A stretch of 64,000 bases of DNA from the human T2T-CHM13v2.0 reference genome, Homo sapiens: the NCBI RefSeq assembly GCF_009914755.1, contig NC_060926.1; one strand, given 5' to 3'. Shown piece after piece: positions 36,911-51,995 of the stretch. The translations under genes were made by a program, and so were the position numbers. Numbering within the stretch: the stretch's first letter is position 1; each line of letters starts with the position of its first letter. The notes under the pieces are model-generated. The model did not search any database, was not told where the DNA came from, and saw only the letters and a list, made by a program, of their open reading frames with translations.

Positions 36911-37420
36911 TTTAAAATTACTGTTTTATTGTTTTTCCATTTTTCCTCAATGTCGTTTGTATCTTTTTCTCTCCTTCAGCTTATACAGTATTAATTTTCT
37001 TTTGTGAATTTTTTCCTTCCTATAAACTCCTTAATCGTACATTTCTTCACTCTTCTTTTAGAGGTTATCTTAGGCTTAGAGATTTTCAAAATGTATCCTT
37101 CACTTATAAAATATGTATATTCATATAGTATATATTTACATACAAATTTATAAGATCTAGTTTTATTATGTACATTTTACATAACATACAGTAAAATTTT
37201 ATGAGTTTATATAATAAAAATAAAACTCCAAAATAATTTTAATACACTGCAAGGGCCTAAGAATATTTAGATTCCATTTACTTCTATGCTACTGTTGCTA
37301 CTATGCTACCGTATTTTAGTTCTACATTTATTTTAAATCTCACAGAACATGATTTTTGTTGTCCTAAACACTAAATATTCACTTAGATTGGCCCATGTAG
37401 GTTTACCTTTTTTCTCGTTA

Positions 37421-37816
<396 letters not shown>

Positions 37817-38079
37817 ATCCCCTTTAGGTCTGTGTTTTAGTTGCAAATTTTCTCAGACTTTATATGAAAACATCTATTTTACCTTTAGGTTTAGAAGATA
37901 TTTTCACTGGGCATAGAATTCTGAGTTGGCAATTATTTTCTTTTAGCACTTGAAATACATCATTCAATTGTCTCCTGACTTCTACTTTTTTCTGTTGAGG
38001 AAGTAGCTGTCGGGTTTATTTCTTTGTAAATAATGTATCTATCTTTCCCAGATCCAACCCCAGTTTCTTTTTTTCTCTC

Positions 38080-39259
38080 AATTTTTATTGTGGTAAGATA
38101 CACATAACATAAAATTTTCCACAATAATCATTTTTAAGTGTACAATTCCATGGTATTAAATATATTCCGAATGTGTACAACCATCATCACCATCGTCTCC
38201 AGAAACTTTCCATTTTCCCAAACTGAAACTCTGTCCCCATTAAACACTCCCTCCCCATCCCTCTTCCCCTAGCCTCTGGCAAACCCCATTCCACTTTCTT
38301 TAATACTTTTTTCAAGTACTTTGAATACCTTTTTCAAATACTTTCATGCAGCCTTTGTCTTTTTGTGATGGGTTCGTTTCACTTAGCACAGTGTCCTCAA
38401 GATTCATCCATGTTGTAGCATGTGTTAGAATTTCCTTCCTCTTGGAGGTGGGGGGTCAGCCCCCTGCCCGGCCAGCCGCCCCGTCCGGGAGGGAGGTCGG
38501 GGGTCAGCCCCCCGTCCAGCCAGCCGCCCCATCCAGGAGGGAGGTGGGGGGTCAGCCCCCCACCTGGCCAGCCCCCCCCATCCGGGAGGGAGGTTGGGGG
38601 TCAGCCCCCACCCGGCCAGCCACCCCGTCCGGGAGGGAGGTGGGGGGGTCAGCCCCCGCCCGGCCAGCTGCCCCTTCCGGGAGGTGGGGGGCGCCTCTTC
38701 CCGGCCACCCCTACTGGGAAGTGAGAAGCCCCTCTGCCCAGCCACCACCCCATCTGGGAGGTGTACCCAACAGCTCATTGAGAATGGGCCATGATGACAA
38801 TGGCGGTTTTGTGGAATAGAAAAGGGGGAAAGGTGGGGAAAAGATTGAGAAATCGGATGGTTGCTGTGTCTGTGTAGAGAGAAGTAGATATGGGAGACTT
38901 TTTGTTTCATTCTGTACTAAGAAAAATTCTTCTGCCTTGGGATCCTGTTGATCTATGACCTTACCCCCAACCCCGTGCTCTCTGAAACATGTGCTGTGTC
39001 CACTCAGGGTTAAATGGATTAAGGGCGGTGCAAGATGTGCTTTGTTAAACAGATGCTTGAAGGCAGCATGCTCGTTAATAGTCATCACCACTCCCTAATC
39101 TCAAGTACCCAGGGACACAAACACTGCGGAAGGCCGCAGGGTCGTCTGCCTAGGAAAACCAGAGACCTTTGTTCACTTGTTTATCTGCTGACCTTCCCTC
39201 TACTATTGTCCTATGACCCTGCCAAATCCCCCTCTGCGAGAAACACCCAAGAATGATCA

Positions 39260-39293
<34 letters not shown>

Positions 39294-39680
39294 ATTTCCT
39301 TCCTCTTTAAGGCTAAATAACATTGCATTTATATGTATACTACATTTTGCCTATCCACTCATCTATTGATGAATACCTGAGTTCATTCCACATTTTAGCA
39401 ATTGTGAATAATATTGCTATGAAAATCAATCTTCAAATATCTTTTTGAGACTCTGCTTTCAGTTCTTTTGGGAGTATACCCATAAATAGAATTTCTGGAT
39501 CATATGGTAAAAGTATTTTTAATGCTTTGAGGAATCACGGTATTGTTTTGGGTAGTGGCTGCACCATTTGACATTCCCACCGACAGTACACAAGGGTTCC
39601 AATTTCTCCACCTCTTTCAGCAAACTTATTTTCTTTTTTTTTTTTTGTAGTTGCTATCGTAATGGGTATGAGATGACCCA
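38080..39680 (-). mobile_element. L1MB-like 3' end hosting the SVA
   Basis: TTTTATTGTGGTAAGATACACATAACATAAAATT...AAACTGAAACTCTGTCCCCATTAAACA; resumes after the SVA at TTTAAGGCTAAATAA. Confidence 0.85.
38444..39290 (+). mobile_element. 5'-truncated SVA (partial VNTR + SINE-R + poly(A))
   Basis: GGGGGTCAGCCCCC..GCCCGGCCAGCCGCCCCGTCCGGGAGGGAGG units; SINE-R CCCAACAGCTCATTGAGAA...GAATGATCAATAAA; ~29-nt A tail; perfect 17-bp TSD AGAATTTCCTTCCTCTT (38427-38443, 39291-39307). Confidence 0.97.
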
Positions 39681-41539
39681 ACTTTCCTTTAATATTTTCT
39701 TTTTGTCCTTGGTTTTCAGTAGTTTTCCTACAATATGCCTAGCTGTGGCTTTCTTTTTATTCATTCTACTTGGAGTTTGTAACTTTGCTGGTTCTGTGGC
39801 TTGATGCACGTAGTGTTTTAGAAAATGCCCAGCCAGCATATCCTCAACATTTCTATATGCTCTGTCCTATTCTCTCTTTTCCTCTCTCTCTCTCTCTCTC
39901 TGACTCCAACCGCGTATACATTAGGCTTTTATTTTTCCCATCTCCCACGTGCTTTTTATGTTCTTATACTGTACATATCATCCTTTTGCCTCTTGGTCCC
40001 TCATTTTGGCTGTTTTCTATTGACTCACCTTCTAGCTCATTAATATGCTCTTTTGTCATGTCTGATTTGCTTTTAAATCCATTTGATGACTTCTTAATTT
40101 AATTCTATTTTCCATTTGAATTTTTCAAAATTTTCAGCTCTTCATTGAAATTTTTTGTGTTGCCAGCTATTTTTAAGCATATTCATGAGCTATTCTAAAG
40201 TCCATAGTAACTTCTGTATCTGTATCTTCTTTGGATCTCTTTCTATCCTCTGTTTTTCCCCACTGGTGTTTGGTCATTTGCTGTTGTCTCTAGCATGTCT
40301 GGTAATCTTGATTGAACAGTTGATAATGTGTATAAATATTTGAGGCAAATCAAAGTTTGAGGTTTTGACTTATCTTCCTCCAAAGAGGATTTATTTTTGC
40401 TTCTGGTAACTAGTTAAGGGGAAGGGGAAGCTCACTTAGCCCCACCTGGAAGTGAGGTGTTTGGTCATTGAGAAGGCTGACTATTGACTTCAGGTGAAGA
40501 CTGGAATTTCTGCTAGGCCATACTCTCTGATGGGAGTTTCATTCCATTTGCTGTCCTCCAAGCCCCATGATGTGGCTGACACTTCTCAGGCTCTCAGCTG
40601 GGGCAATTTGCTCAACTTACCAGTTGTTTGGGCCAAAGATTATGAATGTCTCCACGTAGGAAGAAGAGATAAATGTTGGACTCATTTCTCTTTGTTTTTC
40701 TTCTCTCCAGGATCCTGACCCCTGGACTATTCTTTGCCTTGGTAGTCCTCTGGTGCCTTTAAACCAATTTTTAAGATACATTTAATCTAGATTTTTAGGA
40801 TTTGTTAGTGACAATGGTTAACATAGTTCACCATTATAAAAAATGGATGCCTTCCCTTAGACATTTTAATACAGGTGAGTGAGAGAAATGAACTTCATTT
40901 TTTCTTCCTTTCCTCTCAAATTAGTGGAGTCCTAGACCATGAATGGCATCTGTTGGCCACTCATAAAAAGCCCACTCTATGCAAGGTACTAGAGGTGAAG
41001 TACATGATTCATTCCTGGCCTGTTCCCTGTGGGGCGTTGGGATGATCAGGAAGAGGGGTAAATGCTTTCCAACAATTTAAAGACATTTTTAGATGGCATC
41101 ATTTTGTCCTGTTAAAAAGGAAACAATAAATCAAATTATAGTCAACAGCAAAAAAATCCAAATGGTAATCTAAGCGCTGAGCCTGGTTCCTGCCACACAG
41201 CGGGCACTCAGTTACTTATTATTGTTTTTGGCTTCTTGAAGCACCTTCCTGGTCCTCTGAAGAGGTTCATATTTTTGTCTTTGTATTTTTATCTTTGGAA
41301 GTTCTCTGAAAGGTTCTCCGAAAGGTTGGGACTTGCATTTATTTCAACCCATTCTACAGACAGCCACAGAGAGCTGAAATGTGAGCTTTAACCCAGAACA
41401 AAGACAGCGCAGAGTGCACATGTCCCAAATCCTCCTTTGCACTCCCCACTTGGAAAAGAGCCATAAGAAACCGATTTATCCAGAACCCTGAGAGTTCCAC
41501 TGGACCCAGGCCTTCTTTCTTTGCTCTCCCTCTCATCTT

Positions 41540-42295
<756 letters not shown>

Positions 42296-43171
42296 GCCGA
42301 GAATAAATAAGCATGTTGAAGACTTCTTTGAATTGACTACTGCTTGGCCTCATTTTCTCTTTTTTCATTCCTGAAATTTCCTAAGTAAACGGTTAACTTC
42401 TGTACTAACTCTCCATGGTGAGCCGTGCATTTGCTGGTGCTGCCTCAGATCATCAAAGTCCTCATTTAATTCGTCTCTTTTCTCATTAGGAAAATGAGCC
42501 CCCCTTCTCCACGGGTTCCCCAACACCTCAGAAGTCCAGGAAGACACAGTGATGATTCATACATTTTGCCAAAGAGGGATGATTTCATGAAATCTCCAAA
42601 TGATCACGATAACATCCCAGCCATTAGGGATACTAAGCCAGCCACCGAAATTGGCAGAGAAGCCCTCATCTTTGAGAGGAGTGGGAAGCAACACATATAC
42701 TCTATGTCCAGAATTAGAATCCATACTGGCATGCTGTTCCTATACATCAACCCGAACCCCAGCCCCCACCCCCACTCACTGGAGGCAGAATGGTGTGGGT
42801 TCAGCCTCAGCTCAGATGCTCACTAGCCAGAAGACCAGAAAGCACCTACCTCCCTAAGCACCAACCTCTTCATCTAGAACATGAAAGTCACATCCTTCTC
42901 CTGCCTCTGTCCCCAAAGTGAGCTAAGCTCAGAAGAGCCAAGCCCAGGAAAGTATTTAGAAAATGGATCCATTGAACAGCTCTTCCATTGCAGGTCAGAT
43001 TCTTCAATGAATTCTTTAATTGAACCATTTGTTAACTAATATCATGTGTTGGCTTTTGGTTTTACTATGTTTTAGTACAAATATCCAGGGACAAACTCTT
43101 CAGCTGACTACATCTGATGACTAAATTGTTCAATTGCTTCTGTAATTTTCTCTATCCTGGTGATGACATCT

Positions 43172-43600
43172 TGAGAGGTGAAGCCAGCTGTGCTTCTGGG
43201 TCAGGTGGGGACTTGGAGAACTTTTCTGTCTAGCTAAAGGATTGTAAATGCACCAATCAGCACTCTGTGTGTAGCTAAAGGATTGTAAATGCACCAATCA
43301 GCATTCTGTAAAATGGACCAATCAGCACTCTGTAAAATGGACCAATCAGTGCTCTGTAAAATGGACCAATCAACAGGACATGGGCGGGGACAAATAAGGG
43401 AATAAAAGCTGGCCACTGCCAGCCTCCTGCGGGAACATGCTCAGGTCTGTTCTTTTGTCTTGATTATAAATCTTGCTGTTGCTTACTCTTTGGGTCCGCA
43501 CCACCGTTAAGAGCTGTGACACTCCCCGCGAGGGTCTGTGGTTGCGTTCTTGAAGTCAGCAGGACCAGAAACCCACGGGAAGGAACCAGTTCCGGACAAA
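43172..43600 (+). mobile_element. LTR12 (LTR12F-like, ERV9) solo LTR
   Basis: TGAGAGGTGAAGCCAGCTG start; tandem GCTAAAGGATTGTAAATGCACCAATCAGCA and AAAATGGACCAATCA units; ends TCCGGACA; 4-bp TSD ATCT. Confidence 0.95.
43250..43410 (+). promoter_or_regulatory. LTR12 promoter module: five CCAAT boxes, GC box GGGCGGGG, AATAAAA TATA-like element
   Basis: Motifs visible; LTR12 promoters are known to depend on NF-Y/Sp1; activity here not shown. Confidence 0.55.
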
Positions 43601-45312
43601 ATCTCAGGCCCAGTCAACTGTCACCTGACCCCAACTCTAGCCAGACTCAGTTTTAAGTCCCGTCGACTGCCACCTGAACCCAACTCAAGCCAGACTCATT
43701 TAAGAGGAGAGTGAGCAAAGCCACACCCCCTCCCTGTTGCCAGTCTCTTCGTGCGTGGGCAACTGGTTCTGCAACCAGTTCATATGTCAATGGGCCATTA
43801 ATCGTGCTGTAAAACGGGCCGTAAAATACCCCAAATCATTTATTCCACTCCCTCTTGCCCTGTGAAAATGAGCTGGTGAGAAGAAGCGTGAAGGGGGAGG
43901 TGCTTCTATTTTGCTGGACCCTCGCTCTGCCAACCACCCGTCACCACCTCCCCACTGAAATACCCGTGGAGGAGCCTTGGGAGCCAGGACTGTGGGTCAG
44001 TGCTCCGCCGCAGGGATTTCTGTCTCCCACGGTGTGGTCAGTGAGCTGGAGTGCGACCAGGTCCCCACTGGCACCTCTCTCTCTTTGGGTTGGATTCTTG
44101 CAACTGAGACCCCCTAGCCGCAGCCCCCCTCTGCTGTGCGTCTGCCACTTTCCGGGCCATGAATACATGTTCATGTCTACACCACGCTGGAACCATTTTC
44201 TGTCCCACCTCGGGACTGGGTGGCACGTGAGAGTGGCCAGGGAGAGACCGCATCTGGGAAGGCACAGCTGGCTGCAGGGAACGGCCGCCCTGGAAGAGCC
44301 CGTGGGCCCAGCAACCCAGGGTTCTAGTACCTGGTGACTGACCCTTTCTGGTAAGAGAATAGTGATGAACTTTCAAGTTATCTGGAGGTGAGTTCCGTTC
44401 TTCCTTGTGAGATGACTGAGGGGTGGGGGCTGAAATTCTGCATGGAGCTGGGGTGGTCCTTTTGGTGGAGGCCAGACACTGGCCTTTGGGCTCCGCAGGT
44501 GAGCTGCAGCGAAGGCCCTCAGTCAGCCAGATGGATGGTGCGAGGAGCCAGGGAGCCCACCTGCTATGCCTGGGAAAATGGTTTGTCTTCCAGGACAAGT
44601 CATTCTACAACCTGCACAGAGCTCCGGAGCTGCAGAGAGGGAGCTCGTTGTATCCATTCGTCTGTGTCTTTATATATTCATGAATGTGAATGGTATAGAG
44701 TCACTGCTCACCGTGGGATAAAAGGCAATTTTTAGAAAGCATCTGTTCTGTGTTCTCAACAAGACTCAGGAAACTCTGTGAAAAGAGATGGAGAGCGAGA
44801 TAACTAAGTGACAGACTGGGATGAAAATGGAATTGGCTGAGGAGTAGCAGGAAGGAACACGCAGGCTGGGCGAGGCGCTGGGGACAGCAGGGAAGGGAAG
44901 TTCCACCTGAGCAAAGCTGTGAACTCAGCTTCAAGACCCCACGCTGCTGCAGAAACCTGCTGGGGATGGAGAGGACAAACCCCAGACACCGTCGTGGGAT
45001 GTAGAGGGGAAGGACAAAGAACAAAATGAAAACCCCCCACGATGGCAAAGACGACGGGCAAGAACGATTGGGCGTGGCGTGCAGGAGTGGTCCCCGCGAA
45101 GACAGCGTCAGAGGGAAGGGAACACATCCCAGCCACAGCCAGGCAGGAGGGAGAAGCCTCGGAGCTGAAGCAAGCCCCGAGTCTGTTATCAGCAAAGGTC
45201 AGGCCAAGGCCCGGGGAAACCGTGAAATGTTGTGTACACACGTTGCACACTCTCAAGAAGCTTAAAAATACTGAGTATCATAATAGCGAGCAGCTATGAG
45301 GAAAAGCCACTA

Positions 45313-45700
<388 letters not shown>

Positions 45701-46229
45701 AAAGATAACGTCTCTTTAACCGTCATCCCGAGCCCCTGCCCCTTCCATCCTTCCCCGCCTGAAATGCTCTTAGTGTTGGAAACAAATAATAGATTCCATA
45801 GATTTAAAGTTGTGCTCCAGGTCCTGCTGATCAAATAGAAGATCCCTGGATATAAACCCCACACCCTTGCTGCCCCGTCCCTGCTGTACCCTACACGCCT
45901 GTGTCATTGTCACACTTGCCGAGGCCTTGGGGACACCATGTGTGAGGAACAGGCTGGATCTTCTCTCATCTTCCCTTCTTTACCCGCGATGTCCCTCTGC
46001 CCCCATTGCTGCTGCCTGGTGAGCTCCTCCTTATCCTCACAGGCCCCTGCAAGGACACCTCCTCCATGAAGCCCTGCTTGATCTCTGACTTATGCTCACT
46101 TCTGAGTCTGACTCCCAGGAGGCCCCACATACAGAAGCGTAGCTCTCACTAGCCTCCCTAGGGCCTCGCACTTGCTGTTCTCGCTTGAGTACTCAGTGTC
46201 TTCACTGAATTTGACAGGGTTTTAAGTTC

Positions 46230-46307
46230 CGATGTAGCGTCATTATCCTGGCGATGTAGCATCGTTATCCTGGCGCCGTAGCGTCCTTATCCTGGCGCCG
46301 TAGCATC
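46230..46307. repeat. Short 22-bp tandem repeat, ~3.5 copies
   Basis: Unit approximately CG(AT/CC)GTAGCGTC.TTATCCTGG. Confidence 0.9.
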
Positions 46308-47984
46308 ACAGCACACCTTTCCCCGGTTCACCACCTCTGTTGCCAGCGGCCACCAGGGAGGACCCTTCAGTGCTCCAGCAGCAGCCAAAACATGTTACCG
46401 CAAATTCTTAACAAGATTCAGGAGGAACCAATGTGGTTGTCTCGCAGGCTTGACGAGCCAGTGCCTTGTTTTCCGAGTCTCCATTTCCTTATTATTCCCC
46501 TGGAATAACGCCTTCGCCGCAATCCGCAGGGAGCCACTGCTGTGCGGGAGATGGCAGCCAGTGCTTCTGAAAGGACAAAGGGAACACAGGGCTCGCTGCA
46601 TGCAGCAGGGAGTGGGGACAAGGACGGCCTTGTCGTATAAAGGGAAAAGAAGTTGAAGATGCTAAAGATAGAAAAAAAAAATTAAGCTGGAGTCATGCTT
46701 CCCAAGAGAGGGACAAATTCACTGCTGGTTAGCGCTGGCTGGCCGAGGAGGCCACGCACCTGTGTGGAAGCTGCAAAGAACAATCACATAGCTCTGGTGT
46801 GGGCTTTGAAAATATCCCAGGTGTGTGAAGTCCCTCGGGTGCTGGGGGTGGCTGAGGCACGGACCGGTGTGTCTAAGCGAACACGCCCCTTCCTCACTGC
46901 CACTGCATGTGATGGCCCCAGCTGGGCCCCGCTGCCCCCAGCATGTACCACATGGGTGCTGCCCTCTGAGAGCCAGCCCTAGGGAGGCTCCCAGGGACAT
47001 GCCTGGTGCAGCTCCAGCTGACCCACAGAGGCCCAGCTCTGTGCCAGCAACTCCAATGTCCCTGTAGCTCATCCACTCACTCCAGGGAGGCCAGAGACCT
47101 CTGCGTGCGACACCGAGGTGCAGTGGTGAGAATCATTGTCCAAGCACATGTGGCCAGCAAGTCACAGTAGCCTCAGCCTCAGGCTCGTTGGACACAGCTG
47201 TGCTGACGGGCAGAGGATGGGGAGGGCAGGGTCTCTGGAGATGGTCAGACCATGGTGGACACCACCCACCTGTGAATGGTCAGTTCTGACAACGGGCCAT
47301 ATGTGTGGCCAGGCATCTTTGAGCCCAGTATTTGGAGACACTTTTCAGGCCCCCTGGTAGCTTTCTGAGGCTCTCTGAGTGAGGGGCTACGGCCCTAGGC
47401 ATCCTCACTGTCTCAGAGGGAGCTGAGGGCCCTCCCAGGGCAGCAGCATGGAGCAAAAGGTCCTGGGCCAGGAGCCAGACCTGTGGCTGCCAGAGTCCCC
47501 AGTTCCAGGCACGCCTCCTCCACAGTCTGATTCTGTCTCCCTCCCTGTAAAACAAAAGGGCTGAGTTTTCAGAGTCTCCAAGACATGATGCTCCTTTCAG
47601 CTCCATCCCGGTTTTAAAATGAAAGAATCAGGTCTCACCCAGCCTTGTAGGCAGGTCACGGCAGGATTTTATGGAAGCGGCGGTCCCCCGTCATTTGCCC
47701 AAAGCTCCCCAGAGCCTGGGCCTTGAACCAGCGAGGAGTAGCGGGGCAAGCAGGCACCACCTGTCCGGTCTGTGAGGCCCAGGCCTCCGGAGATCCCCCA
47801 GCCCAGTGCACCTGAGGCTGATGCGCAGTGGGACGCCCAGGCCACCAGCTCCTACAGGGTGATGCTCAGCGAGGAAGAAGAGGTCTCCGAGGATCTCCTC
47901 CTGGACCTCACTCTTACATTCACACGGATAATCCCCTTTCAGAATAAATGGGTAGCTTCAACTGCTCGTATGCTGTCATTGACT

Positions 47985-48735
47985 GTGTAAACCATAAAGT
48001 GTCTGAGGCAGGTCTCAGTCTACTCAGAGGTTTATTTTGCCCGGGTTAAGGATGAGACTGTGAAAAAAGGAACACAAAACTACAGGAAGAGTCTGTGATC
48101 TGTGCTTTTTCCAAAGAGGCTTTCGAGGGTTTCCATATTTTAAGAGGAAAAGGGGGCAGCGAGGGAAATTGGAGGGCATGGTCACGTGACTGAACCCTCG
48201 TGTCATACGTGAAGAGGAGCAGGTAGAGGAATGGGTGGTGCATTTCTCTGGCGTTCGGTAAATCAGCAGTTTCCGTGAGACACAGGAAGCACAGCAGAGC
48301 CACTGTGCAGATCCCGGGCCTCCTCTCCGAGCTCTCTGCTTAAGAACAAGAGGAGGCCGAGTACGGTGGCTTACGCCTGTAATCCTAGCACTTTGGGAGG
48401 TCAAGGTGGGTGGATCACAACATCAGGAGTTCAAGACCAGCCTGGCCAAGATGGTGAAACCCCGTCTCTACTAAAAATACAAAAAAATTAGCCAGGCGCG
48501 GTGGCGGGCACCTGTAATCCCAGCTACTCAGGAGGCTGAGGCAGAGAATTGCTTGAACCCGGGAGGCAGAGGTTGCAGTGAGCCGCTGCACTTCAGCCTG
48601 GTGACAGAGCAAGACTCCGTCTCAAAAAAAAAAAAAGAAAAAAAAGGGAAGGCAGTTTCTCACATGACAACATGACAGAGCTTCCATCCAGCTTTATTTT
48701 TCCTTTTGGCACGGTGAACTTGGGTCCTGAGATAT
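47985..48735 (-). mobile_element. MER4-group ERV1 LTR interrupted by an Alu
   Basis: GTGTCTGAGGCAGGTCTCAG...GAGGTTTATTTTGCC; after the Alu GGAAGGCAGTTT...TTTTTCCTTTTGGCACGGTGAACTTGGGTCCTGAGAT. Confidence 0.7.
48355..48645 (+). mobile_element. AluS (Sg-like)
   Basis: Dimer with small internal deletion and A tail. Confidence 0.95.
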
Positions 48736-50689
48736 GCCGTGACATACATTAAAAAGCTAAACGCATCATGACACACCTGAGCCTTCTGGATCAGCCAGAG
48801 CGGGTGTTATCTATTGTGCGGCTCCACCAGCTGCAGCACCACCCTCACGGCGCATGGTGTTCACCTTGCCGTGAGCTTCGTGGTTGCCTTTTTGCCTTTT
48901 AAGCCAACTGCCCCCTGCTCAGAGCTCCCCGAGAGCACTCGGCAGTCCTTTATTTTATTACCACCCTGCTCTTCTGCCTAATGAGGGAAGGGGAGCCTGG
49001 CTGATAAGAAGCTGACGGTCCTACCCAGCTCCCTCAAGCCCCGGCCCAGGGGACCTGCTTCTGGTCTCTGAGCCCTCACTGGTCCCACCTACTCAGTGAG
49101 CAGCAGGCAAGGAAGAGGGGCCCAGTGAGTTGGGGTTTGAACCAATCCTGCAGAGCGGGCAGTTAGGAAGTCTTCTCTCTCATCTGCTCTCTGGGGAACT
49201 TCTGAGAAGTCGCCGTGGTGGTTCTCATCTTTGGTTTCTTTGCTGGATCCAGAGAGATGCTGAGTCCAAACTACCTACAGAGAGTTACCAGGGATCATCA
49301 GACCTCACTCCCTCAGAGGGGAGGGTGAAAATGGGCAAATGTGGAGACAAAGGCCTTTGAGGATGCAGAGAGCCAGACACAAAGGGCTTCTAAGAGACCG
49401 CACTTCACGGCCGACTTTTGCTACAACTCCTCCATGTACCACTTGCACAACATCAAAGCAAAGTCAGACAGCATGGGGCACGTGGACAGAGCGGGGGCAC
49501 ATGGGGCAGAGTGGGGCATGTGTGGCAGTGAGGCCACTGCCCGGCCCAAGCCACAGGCTGTGTCCCAGAGGGAGGTAGACTCAGTGTTCAGCCCTGGCTG
49601 ATGCCCATCCTCCCACCAGTCCTGAGTAGGGACATGCCCCCCCACGGGTGCTGCAAGGGGCAGGTGTGGGTTCAGCTACCTTTGCATCCCATTGGCCCAT
49701 CCTTGATCCTTGTCTAAGCGGCAGGGACAGGATGAGAGGGCCAACAGAATAAAGCCAGGGTGAACCGCTCCCACTGCTGCAGGATGGAAGGTGCTCTTGG
49801 AAGAGACTCAGAAAGGCGTCCTCCCCTCACGCTGCCTCCAGGCTGGGTTGTCCCTGAGACCAGGGCCCCCAGGCCAGCACCCAGGCCCGGTACCCACGCC
49901 TCCCGGAGGCACTGCTGGACTTTCCGAGGAATGCCCAGAGAGGCCCCTGTATCCATTCACTTCCCTTCAGGCGCCTCTGAAACTCCCCCAGACGATCATG
50001 GACGAGAGCGGCTTTGAAAGCCAGAGCACAAGACGCAAATGGAAGGATCACCAGGACCCCAGGGCTGGTAGCTCACAGCAGCTAGGCACTCTTCTCAAAT
50101 CCTGCCGTGCTTTGATAAATGCCCTGGACTTCTTCAAACACACTGCCAGGTGCAGGAATGTTCAGCCCTCCACACACCACTCTGTGCCTATCTTTGAAAA
50201 GTTATTCTTTGTTTTTGAAGTTACACATGGGGGAAAAATTACACAATCCGTAAAACAGAAAGTAGAAATCCACTAAAGCTCAACCACCTAGAAATGGCTG
50301 CGGCTGCCCTGGCTCGGGGTTCCTCCATCTATCAGATTGGAGCTGGGAGAGCAAAGTGCTTCCCACCAATTCCCACCAATGCTGGACCCACAGCAAGGTA
50401 GGGCAGGGGGCAGGCAGGTCTGGGTGCAGCGCTCACGTCAACAAACTGGGCAAGAATACTCGAGCACCCCTCTTTCTTTCCCAAGCACGTTCCTGGGCGA
50501 TGGCACTTCCGGGAGAGAGGAAAGGGTTGCTTGTCCACCTAAATGCAAGTTTACCCTGTACGCATGTACACTTTACTCTGAAATCAGTTTTCTTCTGTCA
50601 ACAATATGATATAGAAATAGTTCACAACAAGCAGACATGTACGTCATTGCTTTTAATTAGCATGTGATCTTTCAGTAGATTTATCAGAG

Positions 50690-51740
50690 CTTATATAGCC
50701 AATCTCCATTAATGAGCATTTAGAGATGTCATGTTTTTCTTTTTCCCTTTGTTTAATAAATCATTTCCTATGAACATCTTCGTGCATCCCTCGTTTAACC
50801 TTGTGCAGTTATCACCTTTACAACAAATAACGACTCAGGCAGAAGCTGGAGCCATCACACATTATGGTGCTGGTTTCTGAACTGTGTTTTTGATGGTTCT
50901 AACGTGAGCCGCTACTAAGCACACAAGAAGACTTGCCAGCACAGATTTCTTTGATCTTTAATATTTCTCAATCCAATAGCTAATGTTTAAAACTCTTATT
51001 GTTATTTTGCATTTCTTTTCTGTAATTATTGGTTGTTTTTCTTTTCTTTTTGTATGCCTGTGCATAGCCTCTTGCCATTTCTTTCTATTGGGATTTTTTC
51101 CTAATTTATTTGTAAATATCCTTTGCATAATAGACCTTGTCAATCATGCGTGTGAAAAACACCTTCCCAGTTTTTAAATTTGATTTTCATCCTGGCTGTA
51201 GGCGTTTTTTTTTCAGCTATTTTACATTTTTATGTAGTCATACTTATCAATATTTTTCAGTATGATTTCTGGAGTTGGGAACATGCTTAAAAAAAGGCCT
51301 CCTTCAGTAACTCCAAGCCTTTTCAGCATCATTGGATTCTAGAACATTTACATTTTAGTTTTTAATATTTAATTCTTTGATGGATCTGAATTTACTGAGT
51401 TTTAAAGACATGAGATTCAAACTGTGTTCTTTCTCCGTGTGCCAAGCCATTTGGCTCAAAATGTTTTTCTGAAAGATAGACTCAATCCTTGTCATGTGTC
51501 TGAAGAACCCCTTCCCCTGATGCCAGTCTGTCTGTCCGTCCAGCCTGCCCCATGAGTGCTGCGTGCAATGGCAGGAGCTTTAAGGACATTTAACTCCTGA
51601 CCATGTTACTTCCTTGACTTGACGTGGCTCCTTTTTACAATTTTTCTGTTTGAAGTTTATGATTTTCATTTTTCCATTTTAAGGGAAAAGGAATCTTTGA
51701 ATTTTATAATAAGCATCATCTTATCTTGTCATTAGAATAA
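50690..51740 (-). mobile_element. Decayed L1ME-like fragments
   Basis: GTTATTTTGCATTTCTTT, CTCTTGCCATTTCTTTCTATTGGG, TTTTACATTTTTATGTAGTCA.ACTTATCAATATTTT. Confidence 0.6.
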
Positions 51741-51995
51741 TAGATAAGTACAGAAGTAAATAATTCAGGATATGAAGTACCCTATAACCCTCTTGCTACC
51801 CCAGGGAACCAGCCGAGGCACCATCACAGACTCCTAGGAATCCTGCAGCCCATGGACCCTGGACATTCTCTAAGGGCCCTTCCTGTTCTGCACCCATTCA
51901 TGGTAGCATCTTCCTTCCTTTAAAGCCAACTCTGCTCCCCCACCCAAGACCCTCCCTGTGTCCTGGAGCCCAGGGTCTTGCATTCCAGCCTCGTG

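Noticed and set aside
38346-39256. Pro/Gly-rich ORFs
   Set aside because: Derived from the SVA VNTR and SINE-R
46345-46365. CTCF-like GGCCACCAGGGAGG
   Set aside because: Lacks the GGCG/GGCA end of the core motif; not supportable without ChIP data
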